From NCBI RefSeq assembly GCF_963921235.1, contig NC_086101.1:15872001-15936000 (forward strand): a stretch of 64,000 nucleotides of DNA, given 5' to 3'. This document shows, in pieces, positions 1-12,070 of the stretch (position 1 is its first letter; each line of letters opens with the position of its first letter). This stretch comes from Mobula hypostoma (Eukaryota). The notes beneath the pieces are model-generated. The model ran no database searches. It was not told where the DNA came from and saw only the letters and a list, made by a program, of their open reading frames with translations. Both the position numbers and the translations under genes were made by a program.

Positions 1-370
1 AGTGAGTACAGCAGGGGGCTGAGTACACAGTCTTGTGGGGCACTGGTGCTCAGAGTGATTGTAGAGGAGAGCTTGTCCCCTATTTTTACAGCCTGAGTCC
101 TGTCTGTGAGGAAGTTGAAGATCCAGCTGCAGATCTGAGTGCTAAGGCCCAGGTTCTGGAGCTTAGGAATCAGTTTATTTGGAATGATAGTATTAAAGGC
201 AGAGCTGTAGAAAAGGAGCCTTACATATACGTCTTTATTCCCCAGGTGTTCCAAGGAGGAATGCATGGCCAGCGAGATGGCATCTGCCGTTGACCTGTTG
301 CTCTGGTAGGCGAATTGAGAAGCATCGGGGTTGACCGGCAGGCTGTGGTTGATGTGTGCCATAACGAATC
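1..370 (-). mobile_element. Rex1/Babar-type LINE RT fragment
   Basis: Minus strand reads [13 protein letters not shown], matching the STGAPQGCVLSP RT motif; decayed. Confidence 0.6.
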
Positions 371-469
371 GCTCGAAGCACTTCATAGCAATGTAATTTA
401 ATGCTAATGCAAATAAGAATAATATGTATATATAATAATATCATATATATTATTTGCACTGTTTCTACA

Positions 470-835
470 GACGGGTTATTGGCACCTTAAAACCTGTTTC
501 TCCGGGCGGATGGGGCTCGCCAGCCATGGTTGGCAGCTCATCCAGGAAAAAGTAAAACTCTGATCTCAAACCTCCGCTGCCTTGCAGCTATACCCCCTCA
601 TGGGGAGGGCTTTTGGCATAAACCCAGAGGGAGAAATCCATAGCTGGAGTCCCCAAGGCAACCCTCCATTGAGCTGACACATTTATTTGAACCAAACTGA
701 GTTCAATGCTGACTGATGCTCTTGCTACGCTGCTGGTATCGGTCTCTACCATTCCTTTGGGTTCAACAGATGCATGGAGAGCGGGACTTGCTCTCCATAT
801 CGTACTGCCCTGGCTTGCTTATCTAGACAGCTAGG
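470..835 (+). mobile_element. RTE-clade-derived repeat (5'-end-like)
   Basis: ggttggcagctcatccaggaaaaagtaaaactctgatctcaaacctccgctgccttgc resembles RTE 5' regions from recall; second copy at 55210-55425. Confidence 0.4.
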
Positions 836-1082
836 AAGCAATATCCATGGTGAACTCTGTCCGACGGAGGCCACAACTCAACACAACTCAAAGTTCATCC
901 CAAAGGGGGATGCAGAGGGGCAGCTTTCCTCTCATGCAGATAGACAGTTGGACACTTCAGAACAGAGGAAGTATCTCCACTGAGACGCTGACTGCCCATT
1001 TCCCTCCACAGGTTCTACCTGACCCAGTCAGAGGTCCTTCAGCACCTTTGTGTGGTGTTGGGTTTTCCAGCGCATAGCGCAA

Positions 1083-1100
1083 CACCGCCCCCTGCTGGCC
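1083..1100 (-). promoter_or_regulatory. CTCF-like motif, copy A
   Basis: Minus strand GGCCAGCAGGGGGCGGTG matches the CTCF core CCASYAGRKGGCRS. Confidence 0.6.
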
Positions 1101-1532
1101 GGCACCCTTTCACTGCAACTCTGTCCTCTACTGATGGGAGTACAGCGCTGCTGGACCAGAGGGGAGAAAAGAACATCTCACTTTGTCTCTTTTCAAGGTT
1201 TAACAGTCCAACTGCATTATTATTACCAAACTATATATACCACATGCAACACTGACATGGAGACTATTGCAGGCAGTCGGAAAACAAGAAAAGCACAGTA
1301 GAATACACGATTAAAAAAGAACCCACACAGCCAAGACATTCAAACATCCAATGTGTGAAAAAAGAACAAATGGTGCAAACAATTAATAGTAAACAAGTAA
1401 CAGATAGAACATGAACTGCAGGGTCCCCTAAAGTGAGTCCACAGCCACAGAGCCAGTTGGGTGCTGAGAACCTCACGGAGTAGTGAGCTGAACACTGGTT
1501 TGCTCTTTGCCCTCGGCCTCGACACCTTAACC

Positions 1533-1860
1533 TGTTGCAATGCCACGTGGCGAATGAGGCGAACCCAAGTGCAGGACACAGGCACGGAGATTGAGGATGC
1601 TTACACGGGCGTAAACGCCGAACAGTGAACAGGAGGGATCTTGACACGGAGCCCTGACATGGAGCCTTGACTCAGAAACCTTGAAACTGGAGCTAAACTT
1701 AGAACAAACGGCAAGGTTCTTAAAACTGCAGTTGCTGATGGAAACCCGGTGTGCCGTCATCAAAGAAAATTAAAAGCAGTTGGAAAATTAACCGTCGGAA
1801 CTGTGGCACAATTGAAGGAAATTAGAGGACACTAGGGAATAAACGATCAGGATGGTGCCA
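1533..1860. mobile_element. Solo LTR (gypsy-type), shared with block B
   Basis: TG...CA ends; flanked by taacc/taatg (decayed TSD); same position as 58021-58472; related to the LTRs at 48771-49815. Confidence 0.7.
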
Positions 1861-2074
1861 TAATGTTTTAAATCAGGTTCGGCGCTTAAATCGGCTAATT
1901 ATAGTTTTTTCGCTCTTAGGCCTGAAGTCTGCTCCAGCCATGGCTGCTGCAGTCATACCTGCATTCCAGAGAGTCCAGTTTGCTGAATCCTTCAGGACAC
2001 CGCAAAAATGTTTCAGATGGTACAGTGTACAGGAGATAGATACAGCAGCGAGCTGCGTGGCGTCATAGTAAGAA

Positions 2075-3348
2075 GCTGGCACTCAAACGTCAGTAAGACC
2101 AAAGAGCTGATTGTGGACTTCAGGAAGTGTAAGGTGAGGGATCACAAACCAATTCTCATAGAGGGATCGTAAGTGGGGAGAGTGAGCAATTTCAAGTTCC
2201 TAGGTGTGAAGATGTCAGAAGATGTAATCTAGTCCCGAAATATCGATGCAGCTATAAGGAAGGATGACAACGGATATATATATATCATTAGGAGTTTGAA
2301 GAGATTTGGTTTGTCAACTAAAACACTCGAAAACTTCTATAGATACACTGCGGAGAGTATTCTGACAGGCTGCATGACAGTCTGGTATGCAGGGGGGTGG
2401 CGGCAACCGCACAGGACTGATGAAACTACACCACGTTGTAGAATTAGTCAGCTCCATCTAGGGCACAAGCTTCCATAGTACCCAAGATATCTTCCAGACG
2501 CGGTGGGTCATTATTCAGGACCCCAGTCGCCTCGGGCATGTCCTCTATCTCATTGTTACTGTTAGGAAGGAAGTACCGAAGCCTAAAGGCACGCACTCAG
2601 CGATTCCAGAACAGGTTCGTCGCTCTGCTATCTGATTCATAAATTCACATCAAACCCATGAACACTACCCCACTCTTTCAAAAAATATACGATTTTTCTT
2701 TTTGCATTATTTTGATCTAGGCTCTCTATATACATTTACTGTATTGGAATTGAATTGATTTGCCTTTATTACTTACATGAAAAATGAAAATCTTTACGTT
2801 GCGACTCTATCTAAATATGCAGTGCATGATTTATGATAATCGATAATAAATAATATGTACAACAGGACAGTCAATATAACACCGAAACTCAATTGTATCA
2901 GCATGAATTAATCAGGCTGATGGCCTGGTGGAAGAAGCTGTCCCAAAGCCTGTTGGTCCTGGCTTCACGGAGGGCCTCACTTGGTCTGTGCACACCAGCT
3001 GTGTGGTGAAAAGGGCACAACAGTGCCTCTTTCACCTCAGATGGTTGAGGAAGTTTGGTATGGGCCCCTAAATCCTAAGAACTTTCTACAACGGCACATT
3101 TATTGGGAGCATCCTGACTGGCTGCATCATTGCTGGGTACGGGAACTATACCCCACTTAATCGCAGGACTTTGCGTGGAGCAGTGCGGACAGCCCAGCAC
3201 ATCAGTAGTTGTGAACTTCCATTGATTCAGGACATCTAAAAGGCCATGTGTGTAAAAACGCCCTTGGGATCTTTGGAGATTCAAGCCATCCCAACCACAA
3301 TCTATTCCAGCTGATACCATCCAAAAGCCAGGACCATCAGGCTCTGGG
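2075..3348 (+). mobile_element. Rex1/Babar LINE 3' fragments
   Basis: NVSKTKELIVDFRK and ESILTGC-type motifs; the second fragment resumes at 4569 after the solo LTR. Confidence 0.7.
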
Positions 3349-4568
3349 TGTCATGGTCCGGTCCGTGAATTCAGCATTCGGGTTCATGGTCCGGTCCGTT
3401 GACTCAGGACTCCGGGTCTTTCAGCTGTCCCTTGCTTTGATTGAGTTTATCATAGGTACCTGATTCCCATCTTGGGGCTTGGAATATAAGTAGCCTTGGG
3501 ATTGAGTGTGGACTGCTGGTTTGTCTTGTCAAGATTCCCTGGGAGCAACCTGCTGGTGGAAGGCTAGAGCGGCCACTTGCCACCTTTAGGCCGCGTTGGG
3601 GAACCATCCCCTTATGGAGTCTTGCTGTCAGTAGTCGGAGCTGTCTTTGCAGTATGGATTTGGCTGTTTCCTGGGCCAGCTGAGTGGCCGTCAGCCACTC
3701 CGATCTAGGTAGGGATCCGGCTGTTTCCGCAGCTAGCTGAGGTTGCTGGCCGTAACTGCTACTCGGAGCAACCCCGATGCAGAGATGGAACTGTCTGTCA
3801 TTCTTTGGTGTTTGTCTCTTCTTGTCCTTGCCTCCGTGGGGGTAAGTCTGGCCGTTCTGCCATTACCCGACAGATGATCCAGTCCCACCTTGGTGTGGAG
3901 AAGAAATTGAGTCCCGGCTTATCTAAGTATAAGTCCTGGCTCTGTGTCTATGTACTGTCCTGTTTCATGTTGGTGTCGTGTTAAGGATGAGTCCCAGCTT
4001 TTCAAAGGATAAGTCCCGGTTCAATGTTGATGTGGAGTTCCCAGTCTGTCTCCGAGCTCCAGCCTCCGCAGCCTCAAAACCTAAGACCCCAGTCTGCAAA
4101 CCTCAAGACGCAAGCCCCAGCCTGTCTCCAAGCTCTAGCCTCAAGACCCCAGCCTGGCTGCAAGCTCAAGCCTCAAGAGCCAAGACCCCAGTCTCAAGCC
4201 TCAAGAGCCAAGACCCCAACCTCTAGCCTCAAGAGCCAAGACCTCAGCCTCAAGCCTCAAGAGCCAAGACCCTAGCCATGTCCTGTACTGTAGCCATGAC
4301 ATGTCCTTGCCTAGTTCTGGGGTCCGAGCCCGAGGCAAGACCCAGGTCCTGGGTCCTTGTCCAGTCTCTGGCTCGGAGTCCAAGCCCAGGCTCCTAGTTC
4401 ATAGTTCCTTGTCTGGGTTCCCTGTGTCTAGTCCATGTCCTAGTCTGCATTCTTGTCCCTGCTCCTTGTCTGCATCCTGTCACGTCCCTACTCAAGTCAA
4501 GTCCTGGTCCTTGTACTTTGTGTCTGTTTTTTGCTTTTGGGTCCGCTACCAACGCCCCCATTGTGACA
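3349..4568. mobile_element. Solo LTR with internal tandem repeats
   Basis: TGTCA...TGACA termini; 5-bp TSD CTGGG at 3344-3348 and 4569-4573; empty site in block B (~59945); aagcctcaagagccaagacc-like repeats at ~4070-4270. Confidence 0.85.
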
Positions 4569-4939
4569 CTGGGATAGCTTCTTCCATCAGACTGATGAAC
4601 TCACGCTGACTTGAGTGTACAGTATATTGCACTGACTGCTCTATTTATTATAAATTACTACCATTGCACATTGTACATTTAGATGGAGACGTAACGTAAA
4701 AAAATTACTACTCATGCATGTGAAGAATGTAAGAAATAAAGTCAATTCAATCCAATTTTGTGCTGCAGTGTCATTTTCTGGATGGTAGCAGCTGGAACAG
4801 TTTCTGGTTGGGGTGATTCGGGTCCCCAATAACCCTTTGGGCACTTTTTACACAGCTATCTTGGTAAATGTCCTGAATAGTGGGAAGTTCACAACTACAG
4901 ATGCTCTGGGCTATCCGCACCACTCTCTGCAGAGTCCTG

Positions 4940-5540
4940 TGTTACGTACCAGCAGCAATAGATATGAAATTAGGTCCAGTTTTTATAGATAAACAACAAA
5001 ATTTATTAAACTCTACTCAAAAACATAGAAACGTAAACAAACGATTAACTTAAATCAACACACATCAAAGTTGCTGGTGAACGCAGCAGGCCAGGCAGCA
5101 TCTCTAGGAAGAGGTACAGTCGACGTTTCAGGCCGAGACCCTTCGTTAACAGTGTATGTTTCTATAGCTATCAAACAGTCGAACTTAGAGACTATTTTTC
5201 AACAGATCTTACTCAAGCACAGTCTTAAAGTGGAAGTCTAAAAGTCCAAGTGATTCATCATATAAGTGAGAAGACAGTCTTCACGAAGCAGCGATGAGGC
5301 GATTCTTGAAGAAACGAAGAATCCGTTGACGCCGATCCCAGCCGAGAAGTACCTTCTACGAAGAGTGAGTTTTCTCAAAGTAACTGACCTTTCGCCGAAG
5401 TAGTCACCACACAACACCCAAACCATCTAAGGGTTAACAAAAGTGTGTGCCACGTATGGATTATACGCAGTGTCAGTCACACCCGAAATGCAACAAATGC
5501 CGCCTGATTAACCCCAATCATTTGGGTTCGTCCGAAGTCT

Positions 5541-5595
<55 letters not shown>

Positions 5596-8425
5596 TTCTA
5601 CGATTACGTAACCACCGACTGCGACTACCCAACAAAGCGACTCCCAAAAATCGGTGGTCCCCCTTTTTATACCGTTGGGATATGCCATCACGTGACGCTC
5701 ACAGGTAACAAAGTCATGGGACACTCACGAGAATCACGAGACACTCACGGGAATCGATACTGTGGACAGGTAACACCTCCCCCCCCACAAAAGAAAAGAA
5801 AATCTTGATCTATCAGGCACAACATTTTAACTTCAATTTACAAAATATACAATTGTATAAAATCTACAGAATGGCTAATACACATACACTTATCTTACAG
5901 CACCCTACAAACTAATATAACATATGGCAGGGGTGTTCACAAGTATCAGAATTCCACACCATTAATAAAAATATACGTTGCAAATTCAACATCTGGACAG
6001 ACAGTCTGCAATTACATTATCTTTGCCTTTAATGTGAGTTATTAAGAGATCATATTCCTGTAAAATTAAACTCCAATTCAGCAACCTTCTATTTTCCTTT
6101 TTCAGTTTACTCAAATATACCAATGCGTTATGATCGGTGAAAATCACGAGTGGTTTCTGAGTTGCGCCAACATACACATCAAATGTTGCAGAGCCAAAAT
6201 AAGGGATAATAATTCCTTTTCTATGGGTGAATAATTTCTTTGAGGCCCATTAAATTTCTTGGAAAAGTAAGCCACAGGATGATCAACATCATCATAAGTA
6301 TCCCTTCGTATTAACATTGCTCCTGCAGCCTCGTCACTGGCATCCACAGCTAGAGAAAATGGCTTGGAAAAATCAGGTGACCTGAGCACAGGTTGGTGAC
6401 ATAAGATAGCTTTCAATTTATGATATGCCTCCTGACAAGGTTCTGTCCAAACAAGTTTTTCACCCTTCGTCAGGAGCTTAGTGAATGGGAGAAAAATATC
6501 AGCAAAGTTCTTACAGAACTTGCGGTAATATCCTACGATTCCCAAGAATCTTCTGAGAGCCTTTTTATCGGTTGAAGTGGGAACCGCTAAAATTGCCTGA
6601 ACTTATGCCTGAACAGGAGCCAAACTGTCTGGACCCACAATGTAACCAAGATAGGTCACATTGAAATGGTCAGATACACTTTTAGCTAAGTTAACGGTAA
6701 GGTTAGCTTTTGAGAGCCTTTCAAACAACTTCTCCACTGCAGAGATATGTGCCTCCCAAGTGTAATTCCCTGTGACTAAATCATCATTAGAGGCATCTGT
6801 GTGTGATAACCCTTGAATTACAGAATTAATCATTCTCTGGAAGGTTCCTTGAGCATTCCTCATTCCAAATGCTGAACTTTGTATTCAGATAACCCAGATG
6901 GCGTTAAAAATGCATCGGTTTTTGTTATAACATTCACCTTTCTGTAATAAGCACAAAACCGAATACTACCATCTGGGTTAGGCACCGTGACACGAGTTGA
7001 ACTCCAATCCGAAGCAGAAGATCTAATAATATGATTTTCTAACATATACTTAATTTCTTGTTCGGCATGTGTAAATTTTTCCACGTTCATTCGATATGGA
7101 TGTTGCTTTACGGGTTTGGCCTTTCCAACATCTTGGTCATGTGAAGCTACTGTGGTTTTCTTTGGAATGTCTGGAATTAAATCCCTAAATTTCATAATTA
7201 ACTGCTTCATTTGCTGCCGCTGCTGTGGCTGTAGATGAGCCAATTTCTCATCAATATTTTCCAAAATTGTTGAATTTGTTAGTCTGGCAGAAATAATGTT
7301 CGGTTTAAAATAAGCCTCAGATGGATCAACTACCAAGTTCCCAGGGAGGTCAGACTCATTGTTATTGACAACAACAGTCATAGCGGTGGACTGTTTTTCA
7401 TATTGTGGTTTTATCAGGTTTACATAACAAAGCTGCGTTGTCCTTTGTCGATCCCGTGTTTTTACCACATAGTCCACATTATTAACTTTAGATATAATCT
7501 CGTAAGCACCATGAAATTTAGCTTGCAAAGGGTTCGTTTGCACAGGGTAAAGAACCAACACCTTATCTCCCGGCTTGAATGACAACATTCTAGCTTTTTT
7601 GTCATACCAAATTTTCCTTCTTTCCTGAGCAGATTTTAAATTTTCCCTTGCTATGCTGCAAGCTTTTTGAAGTCTCTCCTTAAAATTTATGACATAATCC
7701 AACAAACTAGTATGTAGTTCTTTGTTAACCCACTGTTCTTTTAACAATGCCAAAGTTGCTCGGACTCTGTGCCCAAACACAAGTTCGAAAGGACTAAAGC
7801 CTAGGGACTCCTGCACTGACTCCCTTACTGCAAACAAAAGCAAATGAACTTCTTCATCCCAATCCTTCTCATTTTCAACACAAAACGTCCTAATCATGTT
7901 TTTGAGAGTAGAACAGAACGTTTCTAAGGCCCCTTGTCATTCTGGATGGCACACAGACAATGTAATCTGTTTGGCTCCCAGTTTATGAACTACCTGTTGG
8001 AATAATCCAGACATAAAATTACTGCCTTGATCAGAATGGATTTCTTCAGCCAACACAAATAAAGCAAAAAAGTTTATGAGAGCCTTTGACACAGTTTTAG
8101 CATTTATATTCCTGAGAGGTGTTGCTTCTGGGAACCTAGATGCTGTACACATGATGGTCAGTAAATATTGACGGCCAGCTTTATTTTTTGGCAATGGGCC
8201 AACACAATCCACAACAACTTTAGAAAACCGTTCACCAAATGCAGGCATAGGTTGCAATGGGGCCACTGGGGTGACTTGATTAGGTTTACCCCCAACCTGA
8301 CAAGTGTGACAAGTTCGGCAAAACGTCGCCACATCTTTCCTCAACCCAGGCCAGAAAAAGTGTTTAAAAACCTCGTTCACAGTTTTATTCACACCAAGAT
8401 GGCCACCCAAGGGCATTCTATTATC
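4940..8425 (-). mobile_element. 5'-truncated Gmr1-like Ty3/gypsy LTR retrotransposon (IN-RT-RH, PPT, 3' LTR 4940-5775)
   Basis: Minus strand order: integrase (GHLGVNKT..CRTCHTCQ, VVVDCVGPLP, IHSDQGSNF), RT (PDGSIRFC..RKVN, MRNAQGTFQRMIN), RNase H (VDASD, IEKELL, TDHNAL), PPT at 5776-5786, then an LTR with TG/CA ends; frameshifted. Confidence 0.85.
5545..5593. repeat. (CT)n microsatellite inside the LTR
   Basis: Uninterrupted tc run. Confidence 0.95.
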
Positions 8426-8453
8426 CAAACAGAAACAGAAATCCTTGTCATAT

Positions 8454-8537
8454 TCATGACCCAACTGCTGAGAGCATGGTTGAGGACCTGCTTCTCTCCC
8501 AATTTTCCTCACCACCTGTTGGTTCAGTCCCATCTTC
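8454..8537 (-). CDS. Putative terminal cytoplasmic exon (EDGTEPTGGEENWERSRSSTMLSAVGS*), frameshifted relative to paralog
   Basis: NAGNAG acceptor ccgtgttttcagtag|GAA conserved in the paralog at 63143; phase 0 matches the upstream exon. Confidence 0.55.
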   Translation of the reverse strand, partial: EDGTEPTGGEENWERSRSSTMLSAVGS

Positions 8538-9415
8538 CTACTGAAAACACGGAGGAGCCAAATTAATTCTGTTAAGTAGTGTGGCCTGACTGCTGGGAGG
8601 AAAGAACCAACTCCTCTGTAGTGGCAAGATACAGGAGGAGGATATTCGGCCCATCTAGCCTGTACTGGCTCTTGGAAAAACCAGCTTATCCCACTGTTCC
8701 ACTCTCAGTCCATCGACCTTCAGATGCTCTTCCAGCTCCTTTCTGCTCGATGTGACTGAATATAATCCCAGGTTCCATTAATTCACTGAGTGAAAAAAGC
8801 CCCTCTTGTCTCGTAAGGTCAGCAAAAAGGTTTTCTGGCCCATCGTGTCCATGCCAGTAATCAAACTGATCCTACCCTCACCGATTTTACCCTCTTTGCA
8901 TGCCTGAGAGCTCCTCCTCCACCAGACTCCGCCACTCATCTACGCAATTGGATAACTTACAATGGCCAATTATCCTACTGACACAACTCGCACATCGCTG
9001 GGGTCTGGGAGGCACAAATCATTGTCCTTATCGATAAGGTGAGAAGTTTCAGAATCACTTGTGTCAAGTGGCCTCTGATGTACACTCTCCCAGTAGAAAG
9101 CAGTTTTAGTTCCCACAGTTGTGTGAACACTCATGGTCTGGAATTTCTAGTTATTCTAGATTCAAGGGAATACAGGCCTCATCTACTCAATCTCCCCTCT
9201 CAGTTCTCCAGTTCAGGGATTTATTGGAAATAATTCAGCCACAGGGACAGGAAATGAAAAATGCTCTGACAGAGTTTAGCCCAATCACCACTTCATTTGA
9301 TTTTTTTCGAGCTAAGGGCCAAACACAGCTTAATTTAACATTTTTCAGCTACATTTTTGAATCTCTCCGGGATCTCACCACTTCCCCCGACTTCAGCAAA
9401 TGCTTTCTTTCTTAC

Positions 9416-9453
9416 TTGGTTTGTGTTTTCTTCAGGCTGGAGGCTACGTTTTG
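9416..9453 (-). CDS. 38-nt cytoplasmic micro-exon ((A)KRSLQPEENTNQ)
   Basis: Acceptor tttgtttctttctctaattcacag, donor CAA|GTAAGA; phase 1 to 0. Confidence 0.65.
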
Positions 9454-9724
9454 CTGTGAATTAGAGAAAGAAACAAATGAGGCATCTAAAGCATCAGTAA
9501 CCGTCACTGACAGATTCAGAGTAGGACAGAGTCGATCATTTAAGATTGAGGATGTTCTGCTAACTTGTTGCCATCTTCCGGCACCAACCCTATATCCTTT
9601 GATTTTTATCCCCACCGCCCATTTATCCCCGTCCCCATTTACCCCATTGCTGTTTTTATCCTTATTCCCCATTTTACTCAATTGTTTTAATCCCCAGTTC
9701 GCACTTAACCCATCCTGCTTAATC

Positions 9725-9900
9725 CTCAGTCCCTATTTAGCCCCATTCCTGTTTAACCCCTTCAGTCTCCATTTAGCCTCGTTCCTGTTTAACCCACTCT
9801 GTCCCCACTTAGTCCCATTCCTGTTTAATCTCCTCAGTACCCATTTGTCCCCATTCTTGTTTAATCCCCTCAGTCCCTATTTAGCCCAATTCCTGTCACA
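9725..9900. repeat. 36-bp minisatellite, ~5 copies, within a pyrimidine-rich tract (~9620-10190)
   Basis: Unit ctcagtccctatttagccccattcctgtttaacccc. Confidence 0.8.
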
Positions 9901-10212
9901 ATTTTAACACCTCTGCCTATTTTAACCAGTTCCCATAAGACCCGTATTCTCATTTTACTCCTCAATCCTCACTCTAATGACTGTATACATTTTAACCACT
10001 CCATCTTCATTTTAACCCCACTGATATATTTACCCCTATCCCCATTTTATTCCAGTCCCCATTTTAAATCTGTTGCCATTTTCACCCCACTGACTATTTT
10101 ACCCTAGCCCCCCATTTTAGCACCACAGACTATTTTACCCCAGTTCCTATGCACTCCCAGAGTCCCCTTTGCCCCAATCTCTCCACCATGCTTTACTACC
10201 CGCGATGCTCAC

Positions 10213-10247
10213 CTGTCACGTTCAGCTCGTCGTAGCCGTAATCCTGC
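10213..10247 (-). CDS. 35-nt cytoplasmic micro-exon ((R)QDYGYDELNVT)
   Basis: Acceptor cccacttcctctggcag (alternative AG 4 nt downstream), donor CAG|GTGAGC; phase 2 to 1; YxxL motif. Confidence 0.65.
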
Positions 10248-10421
10248 CTGCCAGAGGAAGTGGGGGAGGATGGGGTTAATGAGACCAGGACTCCGTGCTG
10301 GCGGCAGTTTATGTTTCTGTGGTGACTGGCGTCAGATGTTTACTTTACGAAACTCAACATCTGCCTCTTGTAGTGGGTGCATTGGGGCAGCCTCACAGTA
10401 TCTCCGTAATCCCACCATTAC

Positions 10422-10538
10422 CTGCTGCACCCGGTGCACAGTGACACTGGCTGCACTGGAGCCAGACCTGAGGTGCATTTTGTAACAGGCACCCATGCAG
10501 TTCTCTCTCCCCCAGTACTGTGTTTCTGCCGCAATGTT
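10422..10538 (-). CDS. 117-nt cytoplasmic exon
   Basis: Acceptor ttttgctccttttcctgcag, donor CAG|GTAATG; open in phase 2-2, matching both neighbours. Confidence 0.6.
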
Positions 10539-11159
10539 CTGCAGGAAAAGGAGCAAAACTACTCAAATCATTCAAGAGGCAAGTGAAGTCATGAAAAATA
10601 AGTATAATTTATGCTTTGCTTGAGAATAATGTTAGCACGATAAACACAGGAGATTCTGCAGAAGCTGGAAAACCAACGCAAAACAGACAAATGCCACCAA
10701 CCTTCCCTCTCACCTGGTCTCACCTATCACCTGCCAGATTGTATTCCTTACCCCCACCACCATTCCCTTCTCATTCCTGCTTCTCTACTTCTCCCCCCCC
10801 CACCCCACCCCACTTCCTTTTCAGTCACGATGACGGGTCTCAGCCTGAAACAGTGAGTGTATATTCCTCTCTATAGATGCTGCCTGACCTGCTGAGTTCC
10901 TCCAGCATTTTGTGTGTAACTCTGTTTACGTGATGTTATGTGATGCTGCTGCAATTAGGTGTTTCATTGCATCCGTGCATATGACAATAAACTCCAGTGT
11001 GACTTTTACTCACAGAATTCAACCATGTCAAAGGTGACCATTTGGTGTTCTTTTTGGTTATATATTAATGCACCGTTTATCATTATTTTAATTGTTTGAT
11101 TATTTCATTAAAATTAAAATTGAATAATTATAATAAACATCAAATACTAGAGGAAATGT

Positions 11160-11340
11160 AGCCCGCTGGTGGCGTAGTGGCATCAGCACTGGACTTCGGA
11201 GCGAAGGTTCCCGAGTTCAAACCCAGCCGGCTCCCCTGGCATGCTTTCCACCTGTGCTGGGTTGAGCATCAAGCTTGCAAATCGACCTAGTAAAAAAGAA
11301 ATTGCCTGCTACTGAAACGTCAACAGCAAAAAGTTGATGG
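11160..11340 (+). mobile_element. tRNA-derived SINE
   Basis: A-box-like tggcgtagtgg and B-box-like gagttcaaacc; no complete tRNA cloverleaf evident. Confidence 0.55.
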
Positions 11341-11972
11341 CTTATGCTGTCTTGTGAGTTTAAAGGCAATTTCTTCTTTTTTCTAGAGGAAATGCACTTA
11401 AGATGAGAGGGAGAAAGTTCAGAGGAGACTGTGGAGTAAGTGTTTTTTTAAACACACAGAAAATGGTAGCAGCCTGGAATGGTGCAGGTTGATATAGAAG
11501 TACATTTGAGAGGCTGTTAGATCATACAGACGGACACAGATACAGACACACACACACACACAGAGCCACTCATAAAGGCACACACAGTCACTCATACAGA
11601 CAGACACTCACACACACACACACATCACACATCACGCAGATACATACACTGACAGAAAGACACACACACAGACACTGTTTAAGGTGCTGATGATTTCTAT
11701 GTCTGCTGCCTTTTCACAAAAGGAGTTCTGGACTCCCGCTCCACTCTTGTGAAAACGTTGTTCCCAAAATTCTCTCCAATTCTTCCACCTATGATCTTTA
11801 CCTGACTCACGCACATCGAACGCTGTACAGTGAAATGTGTTGTTTGAGTCCTCAAACGACATAGTCCGAGGATTATGCTGGGCTGAAGGGCCTGTTTCTG
11901 TGCTGTGAGTCTCCATACTCAATGACTCTATGTATCCAGCCACAACTAGGCTAAGATAAGTAAGTAACTCAC

Positions 11973-12070
11973 TCCAAATCGCCATCTTCCACCGATGTTT
12001 TGGCAGGACCTTGGTATTTGGAGTAACTTGGATGTATCACTGCATACTGGATGCGCTCTACAGTGGGTAC
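11973..12070 (-). CDS. 98-nt cytoplasmic exon carrying an ITIM (VPTVERIQYAVIHPSYSKYQGPAKTSVEDGDL)
   Basis: Acceptor tctttttctccacaag, donor GGA|GTGAGT; phase 0 to 2; IQYAVI fits (I/V/L/S)xYxx(I/V/L). Confidence 0.7.

Larger units (their letters stand above)
395..8940. repeat. Segmental duplication block A (3' flank and last exon of an NCR3-like gene)
   Basis: Collinear similarity by eye to 55140-63715: 395-690 vs 55140-55425, 835-3345 vs 57337-59950, 4570-4940 vs 59950-60320, 8428-8940 vs 63040-63715. Confidence 0.9.

Noticed and set aside
3978-4275. Repetitive ORFs or a CRISPR-like array
   Set aside because: Simple tandem repeats within a solo LTR, with no unique spacers; the sequence is eukaryotic.
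9119-9907. 262-aa plus-strand ORF
   Set aside because: Antisense to a real micro-exon and extended by the 36-bp minisatellite; no recognisable domain.
11160-11240. tRNA gene
   Set aside because: A- and B-boxes are present but there is no full cloverleaf; it continues into SINE-like sequence.
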